The position numbers and the translations under genes are program-made. The notes beneath the pieces were generated by a model. The model was not told the DNA's origin. It made no database searches and saw nothing but the letters and a program-made list of their open reading frames with translations. DNA of 64,000 bases from a virus (Duplodnaviria; Heunggongvirae; Uroviricota; Caudoviricetes): IMG/VR virus record IMGVR_UViG_3300035396_000446, positions 35,006 to 99,005 of that record; one strand, given 5' to 3'. Shown here one piece after another: positions 54,774-62,098 of the stretch; the stretch's first letter is position 1, and each line of letters begins with the position of its first letter.

Positions 54774-55090
54774 GTTTTAGCCTTATTCTTAATTTCTTTT
54801 GAAATTTCTTCGCACAAACCCTCTACTGCTTCCTTACTATGTAAGCATACCATGTCTGTTGTTTCGAAAGTAGGCAGTGCCATTACAACTGGTTTTCTGA
54901 TAATAAACCTTATAAGTTCTTCTATCTTTACTAATAGCTTAAAATACCATGTATTATGTTTATCACACCTAGGTATAATATTGTACACCCACCACCAAGC
55001 CATAGGTCTAATTTTACGAGGTTTTACTTCTATGGTTTCGCTTTTGATTGTTAATTGTATTTCTTGTTCCATATCGTTTTTCTTGTACAT
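54770..55090 (-). CDS. hypothetical protein
   Basis: 106-aa ORF. Confidence 0.35.
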   Translation of the reverse strand: MYKKNDMEQEIQLTIKSETIEVKPRKIRPMAWWWVYNIIPRCDKHNTWYFKLLVKIEELIRFIIRKPVVMALPTFETTDMVCLHSKEAVEGLCEEISKEIKNKAKT

Positions 55091-55106
55091 AATAATTCCT
55101 TTCCCC

Positions 55107-55415
55107 TTAAAATGTGTTTGTCGTTATAAGCTTTTTACAATAATCTGAAAAGGGTTTTTCGTATACTACCTTTGGAATATATGGGCAGTATATAACTGGG
55201 TCTTCAAATTCTCTAATAGCTTTAAACCCTCGATAAATAACCTTATCATCTTCTGGGTCTAAGATGAAATATAAAACTCCTTCTTTTTTGTCTAATGGCT
55301 CTTTAAAACGAAGTAACTCTTTTTCAATAAAAGGCCACCACTTCTCTTCAAATTTCTCTTTGTAGTTTTCTGAGGTAACTTCTATTGGTTTATATCCTAT
55401 TGGCTCTTTTTGCAT
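55107..55415 (-). CDS. hypothetical protein
   Basis: 102-aa ORF. Confidence 0.35.
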   Translation of the reverse strand: MQKEPIGYKPIEVTSENYKEKFEEKWWPFIEKELLRFKEPLDKKEGVLYFILDPEDDKVIYRGFKAIREFEDPVIYCPYIPKVVYEKPFSDYCKKLITTNTF

Positions 55416-55419
55416 TATA

Positions 55420-55674
55420 TTAATCCTTTTTCAATAACTTATCAATAAGGTTTTGTGTGACACGATCATAAAATCTATTTAAAGCCTTTTCTTCTTCTGT
55501 AAGTGTAGGTTGTCTTAATTTTGGTTCTTCATATCTTGGAGAATGAGGCACACTAACAACTAAGCCCGAAAAAAATAAATAAATATCACACCTGTTAAGG
55601 GGTAATACTTGACAATGCGTTTTTTTGTTATCCCACCATTCTTTTAAAAGATAACTTGTATCAAACTCACTCAT
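55420..55674 (-). CDS. hypothetical protein
   Basis: 84-aa ORF. Confidence 0.35.
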   Translation of the reverse strand: MSEFDTSYLLKEWWDNKKTHCQVLPLNRCDIYLFFSGLVVSVPHSPRYEEPKLRQPTLTEEEKALNRFYDRVTQNLIDKLLKKD

Positions 55675-56048
55675 TAGTTAAACTCATGATACGAGCATAA
55701 AAGCAGCACTATAAAGGATAGACCTATAGAGAAAAAAGCAATGAAAAACCTATAGAACTCTCCAGCTCTATCTTGTAGTAGCATTGCCTGTAACTGCTTG
55801 CCGATATTAAAATCTAATGAAACTAAAATCATAAAAAGTAATAATATAAAAGTACCTATTAGTGTAGCTATGACAAATGTCGATAAGAATATCCCTATAA
55901 GTTTAAATATCTTTAAAATGACATTAATACACTTTTTCCAAAAAGGAGTTGGCTTATAAGGTCTACTAGACTCTAGCAGAATATCAAAATACTCGATTCC
56001 AATACGATTATATTCTTTCTGTTCTTCTTCTGTTTTTATTTGACTCAC
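55674..56048 (-). CDS. membrane protein (GTG start)
   Basis: 124 aa with three TM helices. The start codon is GTG (plus 56046-56048 = CAC) with an AGGAG RBS 7 nt upstream. Directly downstream of a promoter. Confidence 0.4.
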   Translation of the reverse strand: MSQIKTEEEQKEYNRIGIEYFDILLESSRPYKPTPFWKKCINVILKIFKLIGIFLSTFVIATLIGTFILLLFMILVSLDFNIGKQLQAMLLQDRAGEFYRFFIAFFSIGLSFIVLLLCSYHEFN

Positions 56049-56065
56049 ACATTACTCCTACGCCT

Positions 56066-56094
56066 ATTTTACCATGATATATGATTTTTGTCAA
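56066..56094 (-). promoter_or_regulatory. sigma70-type promoter TTGACA-N17-TAAAAT (TGg extended -10)
   Basis: Minus strand: TTGACA (plus 56089-56094), 17-nt spacer ending CATGG, TAAAAT (plus 56066-56071). Overlaps the 3' end of the nucleotidyltransferase gene and marks the end of the five-gene operon. Confidence 0.5.
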
Positions 56095-57026
56095 CCTTCT
56101 TTTATGTATTTTTCAGTTAAATCTATAAGATATTTATTTATTTTATCAAAATCAGATCTTTCTGGAAGCGTAGAGTTTTGCTCAACTTCTTGGAATTTCT
56201 TAAATAAGACATCGCAGATTTCCATTACTTCTTCAAAAGTATATATCCCTGTTTTAGTATTAAGAATAACTTTTCTATGTTCTTCAATCATAGGCAATTG
56301 AATAGTTTTCGTTTCTGCTAGTTCTAGTCCCTGATACAGTAGGCGAAGTAGATGCCCGGCGAACTTGCACTCAAATCCATACTTCCGAATATTATCTGCC
56401 CTAGATCCATAAGCATCTATTTCTTTTTTAAGATGGTCTCTTACTTGCTGCATTGGTTGTTTCACCATATAGGCTCTATTCTCACCTACTTTATTTTTAA
56501 ATGCGCCGTAGTGTAAGCCAGATAAAACTTGAACATCATATTCAGTCAAAGTATCATTTGAAATAGATGTGACATAATCATAGGAATTCTTTAAAGCATT
56601 AAATCTTTCTGTTTTTGTTTTAAGTAACTTTCTTTGCTCATTGCTATAACCAAAGTATGATTTAAACAAATTCTTAGTTATAAACATATCCTTCATACTT
56701 TGAATTTCAAAGTATAGGTCGGAGGTAAACAGCCTTTTCGACTCAGGAACAAAGAATAGTTCAAGAATATTTGGATTTGCTTTCATCGCTAATTCAAAAA
56801 ATCTATGGATAGAATACATAGTTGAGTCAATATCCTCTTTGCTATTTGCTGAGTAATTATCCCCTGTAGATGCTTGATATTCATCTCCCCTTGTAAGACC
56901 AAATAGCTCATTTTTAGATTTCATGAATAAACCGCAGTAATCCGTATCGGACGAAGGGGTATCGGTCCCATAGAGTTTAGAGCCTGAGTAACATATCATT
57001 ATTTTATTTGGTATGTTTTCAAACAT
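56091..57026 (-). CDS. polymerase-beta-superfamily nucleotidyltransferase with cGAS/OAS/CD-NTase (SMODS)-like active-site signature
   Basis: 311 aa. N-terminal ICYSGSKLYGTDTPSSDTDYCGLFM matches GS-x3-GT-x4-SDxD-hydrophobic, as in OAS1 [22 protein letters not shown] and cGAS-like enzymes. A further acidic EDID lies about 40 aa downstream. Helical C-terminal domain. Confidence 0.55.
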   Translation of the reverse strand: MFENIPNKIMICYSGSKLYGTDTPSSDTDYCGLFMKSKNELFGLTRGDEYQASTGDNYSANSKEDIDSTMYSIHRFFELAMKANPNILELFFVPESKRLFTSDLYFEIQSMKDMFITKNLFKSYFGYSNEQRKLLKTKTERFNALKNSYDYVTSISNDTLTEYDVQVLSGLHYGAFKNKVGENRAYMVKQPMQQVRDHLKKEIDAYGSRADNIRKYGFECKFAGHLLRLLYQGLELAETKTIQLPMIEEHRKVILNTKTGIYTFEEVMEICDVLFKKFQEVEQNSTLPERSDFDKINKYLIDLTEKYIKEG

Positions 57027-57036
57027 TATTATATCC

Positions 57037-58668
57037 TTAGCTGCTAATTTTGTATATAGTTTTATCTTTTATTCCCAATACCTGGTCTTCCCTATTGACT
57101 AACTTATATTCAGATAAGCCAGAATTAGGTATAACTTTTACATCATTTTGAGACACTGACTGAGCAAAAATTTCTGCGGAGTCATCCCCATTGACTTTAA
57201 ATACCACGCCCTTTGGTAAGCAAACAAAGTTTATACCACTATAGGATATATCCTTATTTATTCTAACAATTGGGTCTGTATATTCTTTTGAGAACTTAAA
57301 GATATATTCGTCGTACTTGCCTTGATAACTACTAATTATCACAAGTACAGTTTTATCGAACTTAGCATCTACTATTTGACCTTTAATATCTTTTAAAGGT
57401 AACTGCATATGCGTTTTCTTATTAGGAAAAAAAGATAATACAGGAGTTCCTAGTAGATTTTGAATAGCACATCCTGTATAAAATGTGGTTGCATTAGGTA
57501 GTACAGATGCTACAGGGTATAAAACAGGATAGGTTGCTGTTAGGTCAGTAATTTCTACTATTTGCTCCCCTATAAGTACATATACTCTTCCCTCGTAATT
57601 CAGGATGTTCTTTACTGCGCCACTATAAGTCCCTTTGATAGTTTTTAATTTATTGATATAATGTAGCTCTCTATTTTTTAATTCAACATAGAAAAACTCT
57701 TTGCCATTATCTAATATTGAAACTATCCCCTCTAAATCTATAGAATCTACATAGGTTTTAGAGGAAGTATAGACAATCTCCACTGCTCCAATTTTCTTGT
57801 AATTAACAATATCCGAGTCTTTACTAATATATTGATCAATCTTAAAAACACAAACGGTATCAATATGTTTTTGAATAACCACTACCGATCCCACTTGGTC
57901 TATCATGTTTGGGTCTAATCTCTTACCTTGCTCGAAGATAGCATGGAACCAACCTTTATAGTTCTGAGGAATCATATTGAGATCCGCCACAGGGGGCACT
58001 GAAACTTCTGCATTTAATACCGACAAGTTTTTTAGCATCCTGTCATTGATATCTTTTACTGTTGGGTGCTTCCCCTTATAAGGATGTATGCCAGTTAACA
58101 TCTGAAATGCTAATACAGCATAGGAAAACCAATCTGTTTCTTTTGAAAACTGTTTGGCATGTCTATCTCTAATACTATCCATAATAGCCGTAGCAGGGTA
58201 CGTCTTGGTTTGATAAGAATCTACATCAATTGCATATAATTTCTTAAAAGACGAATCTAATAGAAAATTGAGTTCATTCATGTCTACTATAAGGATGTTA
58301 TTAGAGTGACAATTATTCATTATAACCTGTAACTGCTTCATAAGATTTACAATAGTGTCTGCTTTTATTTGATTTCTCACTTTAAAAGCTTTTGTAAATA
58401 TTTGACACAAAGCAGTAGTATCTGTCACATAATTCATAGTATACCCAACTGCTTTCGTACCCTCATAAATGATGTCTTCTGGTTTAATAATACTTGGCTC
58501 TTTTAATACCGCCAACTCTTTAATCTTATCGGTAGGAATCATTTTATTGGGGTCTATATATAGTTTATAGGCTACCCCATCTTTTGCATAGATATGACCT
58601 TCCCCGCCGGAAGCGACAAAGTTATTTTTTGTTAAATCAATGTGTCTGTTTTTAACTGTTACTTGCAT
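57037..58668 (-). CDS. eukaryotic-like Ser/Thr protein kinase with about 290-aa C-terminal extension
   Basis: 543 aa. Gly-loop ASGGEGHIY; VAYKLY (beta3 Lys); catalytic loop HSNNILIVDMNELNFLL (like HRDLKPENILL); AIDVDS in the DFG position; FSYAVLAFQMLTGIHPY in the APE/alpha-F region. Confidence 0.7.
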   Translation of the reverse strand: MQVTVKNRHIDLTKNNFVASGGEGHIYAKDGVAYKLYIDPNKMIPTDKIKELAVLKEPSIIKPEDIIYEGTKAVGYTMNYVTDTTALCQIFTKAFKVRNQIKADTIVNLMKQLQVIMNNCHSNNILIVDMNELNFLLDSSFKKLYAIDVDSYQTKTYPATAIMDSIRDRHAKQFSKETDWFSYAVLAFQMLTGIHPYKGKHPTVKDINDRMLKNLSVLNAEVSVPPVADLNMIPQNYKGWFHAIFEQGKRLDPNMIDQVGSVVVIQKHIDTVCVFKIDQYISKDSDIVNYKKIGAVEIVYTSSKTYVDSIDLEGIVSILDNGKEFFYVELKNRELHYINKLKTIKGTYSGAVKNILNYEGRVYVLIGEQIVEITDLTATYPVLYPVASVLPNATTFYTGCAIQNLLGTPVLSFFPNKKTHMQLPLKDIKGQIVDAKFDKTVLVIISSYQGKYDEYIFKFSKEYTDPIVRINKDISYSGINFVCLPKGVVFKVNGDDSAEIFAQSVSQNDVKVIPNSGLSEYKLVNREDQVLGIKDKTIYKISS

Positions 58669-59512
58669 TTGTTATTTCCTTTGGAAATATGATAGAGGAT
58701 ATTGATATATCATCGTAATGTGTAATGTTATTTTTCTTACATTCTTTCAAGAACTTATTCATCGTTCTCTGAGTAACCCCAGATGTGAGTAGTTTAAAAT
58801 CATTCATCTTTTTCACAATAGTAATTGGGTCGATAGGATTATTCTCTGCATCTAAGAAAGAAAAAACTCCGTCAGACATTACAGATACATATTCTACAGA
58901 CCCCTTGGTAACATTATGACTGAAATGACACTCTAGAACGTCACGCTTGATATTTGAAATTTCAAGCCCACCAGCTTGCGTTAATATACTATGTAAAGTG
59001 TAGGAACTCTTATTTAAAATATCTACCTTTGCTTTACGGTTTAAATCATATGAGTATATTGGATAATACGGGTACCCCGATTCATAAGAGAGCAAAAATA
59101 GTTGGGAGTCTCCGTCAATGTATTTTATATAAACGGCACCATCTCCTATAGCTTTAATACATATTTCTCTACCTAGCTCCAAAGCATACAAAAGAGTAGC
59201 ATCTATAGGAGTTGTTCCATCTGTATTTTTAATCCCGAAATCTCGTTCTACTATATCTAATGCAGTTTTTACAGTTTGGACAATACTTAGGTCGCCTCGG
59301 TCAATCGTAAGATTATTTTTTAAAACATTTGCCAACACCATGGAACCTATATGGGTGTTCCCTGACCCCGAGCATCCGTCTGATATAATCGCTATACCAT
59401 TTCCTGACGTAGCATGGTCTTCACAAAAGACGTGGGTATTTCCTTTGGCAAAATAAAAATCTGTAAACATGGTGAACCACCTATTGAATTTTTTTGTAGC
59501 TAAGGTACACAC
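58652..59512 (-). CDS. PP2C-family (PPM) Ser/Thr phosphatase
   Basis: 286 aa with FCEDHATSGNGIAIISDGCSGSG (ED...DG.G motifs I/II), VMSDGVF and C-terminal YDDISISSIIF (DDIT motif). Confidence 0.65.
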   Translation of the reverse strand: MCTLATKKFNRWFTMFTDFYFAKGNTHVFCEDHATSGNGIAIISDGCSGSGNTHIGSMVLANVLKNNLTIDRGDLSIVQTVKTALDIVERDFGIKNTDGTTPIDATLLYALELGREICIKAIGDGAVYIKYIDGDSQLFLLSYESGYPYYPIYSYDLNRKAKVDILNKSSYTLHSILTQAGGLEISNIKRDVLECHFSHNVTKGSVEYVSVMSDGVFSFLDAENNPIDPITIVKKMNDFKLLTSGVTQRTMNKFLKECKKNNITHYDDISISSIIFPKEITNASNS

Positions 59513-59536
59513 CTGGATAGGTGCATACCTTAATTG

Positions 59537-60289
59537 TTAAATGCTTAGACTAATTGGCTTTGAAGCTCCGCCTGATCCAAGCGATTGGCTTTGAGCACTG
59601 ATTGACTTACTAACAAACTGAGCGAGTTTTGCAAGTGTATTCGCATTTGCATTATCGATCTTTTCGTATTGAGAAAACTCTGCTTCTGTTTTGAAGTCAG
59701 TAAGAAACTTATCAACATCTACGTCAGAGGTATTCACCCCGATTAGAATTGTTAGAATAGATTCCAAACTGGTCTCTTCTTTTTGAACTTGTTTAATGAG
59801 TTTTGCAACTTCTTTAGATGTATTTGTTGATTGATTATCATCACCATCTGTGATAACAAATACAATACCATTTACATCGAAATCTTGTGCTGTAAGCTCT
59901 GCGCCATATTGTCTTGTTGCCTCGATACCATTGATTGTTGCATCAAACAACGCAGTCATACCGTAAGGTTTAACAGCATCTTGGTAATCTGACAAATTAC
60001 ACTCGGAGAGCAGTTTGAACCCGTGCTGTTCTGTAACATCTGCATTGAATGAAACGAGTCGGATCATAAGATTATCGGCTCTTGGGGATTTTTGACAAGA
60101 TTTAACAACTTCTTGAATCGCTTTTACAAGGTCATCTCGGAATGAACTTACGGAACCAGATACGTCTACTACTAGAGTAACTAAAGTGTATTCCGAACTA
60201 CCAAGATTTACTAATTTTGTTTTACTGAATTGAAAGCCCCCTGTTTTAACTGCGGGGGTAACTTCCATTGTGTCTGTATTGAATCTCAT
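59537..60289 (-). CDS. von Willebrand factor A (vWA) domain protein, TerY-like
   Basis: 250 aa with MIDAS LVVDVSGSVSS, a downstream T (GMTALFDA) and VFVITDGDDN. Confidence 0.65.
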   Translation of the reverse strand: MRFNTDTMEVTPAVKTGGFQFSKTKLVNLGSSEYTLVTLVVDVSGSVSSFRDDLVKAIQEVVKSCQKSPRADNLMIRLVSFNADVTEQHGFKLLSECNLSDYQDAVKPYGMTALFDATINGIEATRQYGAELTAQDFDVNGIVFVITDGDDNQSTNTSKEVAKLIKQVQKEETSLESILTILIGVNTSDVDVDKFLTDFKTEAEFSQYEKIDNANANTLAKLAQFVSKSISAQSQSLGSGGASKPISLSI

Positions 60290-60304
60290 GTTAATGCTCC
60301 TGTA

Positions 60305-61105
60305 TTATTTAAGGAATTCGTTTGTTGTGGATAACTTCATACCGCGAGCAACCATGCTGTTGATGAAGTCATCTTGGTCTTTCTCGAAACCTGTTACAGG
60401 GCTAGTTGCGTCAGTAAGAAGGGTTACTTTACTTACATATTTGTCTCCGCCTAGAGCATCAACAATATCAATAAGAGTAAACTTCAAACAATGACTTCCT
60501 GCTTCCCCTGCGATAACAAGGTTGTCCACAGCCTCTAAACTTTCAGTAAGGGTAGTATTAAGCTGTGTGCTTAGGTCCGCTGGATCGGGAACTTCTGCTT
60601 TAACTGCTGAATAATGTTCTGTAAGGAAATTGCTCCCTTTTGTAACATAGTCAACATTTGCCACATATTTATCGCCCCAGGTAAGAAGAGATGTATATAG
60701 GTCTGATACAATTTGTGTTCCCCAACTTCCAATAAGGCAATGAGCTGGCCATACACATAATAGATAACGTCCGTTATCTTTAAGAGCCTTAGTGTAAGAT
60801 AGCGCATATTTAGAGAAAGAAGGTATCGTTGGCATCCATGTCCCATTTGCAACATCATCATAAGAGATGATTGTAAACGGATTCGGTTTTTGTCCAGAGG
60901 AATTTTTCCAAAACCCTGGGTGGGCGATGTCAAGTAAGTGATGGCTGTCTAAAGTAACGTGAATGTCCGTTAGTTTAGCACCAACTCGGTCAATCATTTT
61001 TGCAAGTCGAGACATATCTTTGTCTGCACCTGCAACAAAAAGCGCACCTTTAGAGTCACAGAAGTCATTCTGTGGGTCGATGATAAGTAATTGTGTGTTT
61101 TGCAT
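60305..61105 (-). CDS. pncA: nicotinamidase (PncA-like, isochorismatase superfamily)
   Basis: 266 aa. LLIIDPQNDFCDSKGALFVAGAD matches M. tuberculosis PncA IIVDVQNDFCEGGSLAVTGGA. TLDSHHLLDIAH is the D/H metal site. WPAHCLIGSWGTQI matches WPPHCVSGTPGADF. LVIAGEAGSHCL is the catalytic Cys region. Confidence 0.7.
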   Translation of the reverse strand: MQNTQLLIIDPQNDFCDSKGALFVAGADKDMSRLAKMIDRVGAKLTDIHVTLDSHHLLDIAHPGFWKNSSGQKPNPFTIISYDDVANGTWMPTIPSFSKYALSYTKALKDNGRYLLCVWPAHCLIGSWGTQIVSDLYTSLLTWGDKYVANVDYVTKGSNFLTEHYSAVKAEVPDPADLSTQLNTTLTESLEAVDNLVIAGEAGSHCLKFTLIDIVDALGGDKYVSKVTLLTDATSPVTGFEKDQDDFINSMVARGMKLSTTNEFLK

Positions 61106-61138
61106 ATATTATCCTGTTAGTTTTTTTTTAGGAAGCTT

Positions 61139-61167
61139 ATTATACCATGATTGTATAAAAAAAGCAA
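61139..61167 (-). promoter_or_regulatory. sigma70-type promoter TTGCTT-N17-TATAAT (TGg extended -10) for the pncA-vWA-PP2C-kinase-NTase operon
   Basis: Minus strand: TTGCTT (plus 61162-61167), 17-nt spacer ending CATGG, TATAAT (plus 61139-61144). Leader ends ACAGGATAATAT-ATG of pncA. Confidence 0.55.
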
Positions 61168-61218
61168 GTCCTTATTCCGAATTATCTAAAAAATTTTCTA
61201 TTTTTTTTCTTCGCCTTT

Positions 61219-61698
61219 TTATTTAGTTTTAGTATAAACTGTTTCTAAAAAGAATATACTAGAAGACGGCTCACTTAGAGGTTGCGGCACTATTGATTCT
61301 GTATTACATAACGGGATAGAAATTTTATTTGATGAAGAAATTTTACTCTGATATTTCTTTTTCTCATCTCTTTCTCTCTCTTTTTGTTCTTCAGTTATCT
61401 CAATATAGCAAGATTTAAACCCAGGGAACTTGCCTGTATCTCCCTCCATTCTCCAACATCTTTCCCAATCCCAGTCAGTCTCTGAAACAGTTTTATTATA
61501 ATGAATAGTACGGAAATTAAAAGGATGAATCCAAAACTTATGTTCTTCCTCTCCTGAACATTGATAGCAAGAGTTCCCATCCATAACCATACGGTATGAC
61601 CATATATGTTTAAGTTTTTCATTGCATATCGGGCAGTGCAAATAAGTATCTTCTTCTTCTACTTTTCTCTTTTGTGCTTCTAAAATGCTAATTGCCAT
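61219..61698 (-). CDS. zinc-finger protein
   Basis: 159 aa with CPICNEKLKH...CYQCSGEEEH. Confidence 0.4.
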   Translation of the reverse strand: MAISILEAQKRKVEEEDTYLHCPICNEKLKHIWSYRMVMDGNSCYQCSGEEEHKFWIHPFNFRTIHYNKTVSETDWDWERCWRMEGDTGKFPGFKSCYIEITEEQKERERDEKKKYQSKISSSNKISIPLCNTESIVPQPLSEPSSSIFFLETVYTKTK

Positions 61699-62098
61699 CT
61701 AAATCTCCTGATTTTAATGCGGAAACTTCAGTGCAAGACATACAGTTACCGTCTTTGTCTTTTCTTAGTGGTTGCTCACACTTTGAACACTCTTGGTATG
61801 GGATAACCTCCTTAAAATAAAGGTTATCTTCCCATTCCCCGAAATAATCTTGAGTGTGGTCATACCTTACCTCAACCAAATAGACACCGACAGCTAATTT
61901 GTAATAAAAACCCATCCCATCCATATCCTCTTGTAGCTCATCAAACACATAATCATTATGACATTTATCTATATTGAGTATCTGAAGTAAATGAGCTTCT
62001 AGATTACAGTCTATAGCAATAAGACAAAATGGGTGCTCGGTCCCAGGAATATAATCCTCTTCTTGTTCCCTTACTTCCATTTGCATTAGCTTTAGCAT
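61688..62098 (-). CDS. hypothetical protein, C-terminal Cys cluster
   Basis: 136 aa ending CSKCEQPL...CMSC. Confidence 0.4.
   Translation of the reverse strand: MLKLMQMEVREQEEDYIPGTEHPFCLIAIDCNLEAHLLQILNIDKCHNDYVFDELQEDMDGMGFYYKLAVGVYLVEVRYDHTQDYFGEWEDNLYFKEVIPYQECSKCEQPLRKDKDGNCMSCTEVSALKSGDLDGN

Noticed and set aside
60571-60933. 120-aa minus-strand ORF nested in the nicotinamidase gene in another frame (similarly 46249-46467, 51479-51664, 61395-61622, 18897-19079 and 22229-22480)
   Set aside because: Nested out-of-frame ORFs inside longer, motif-supported genes. No independent start signals.
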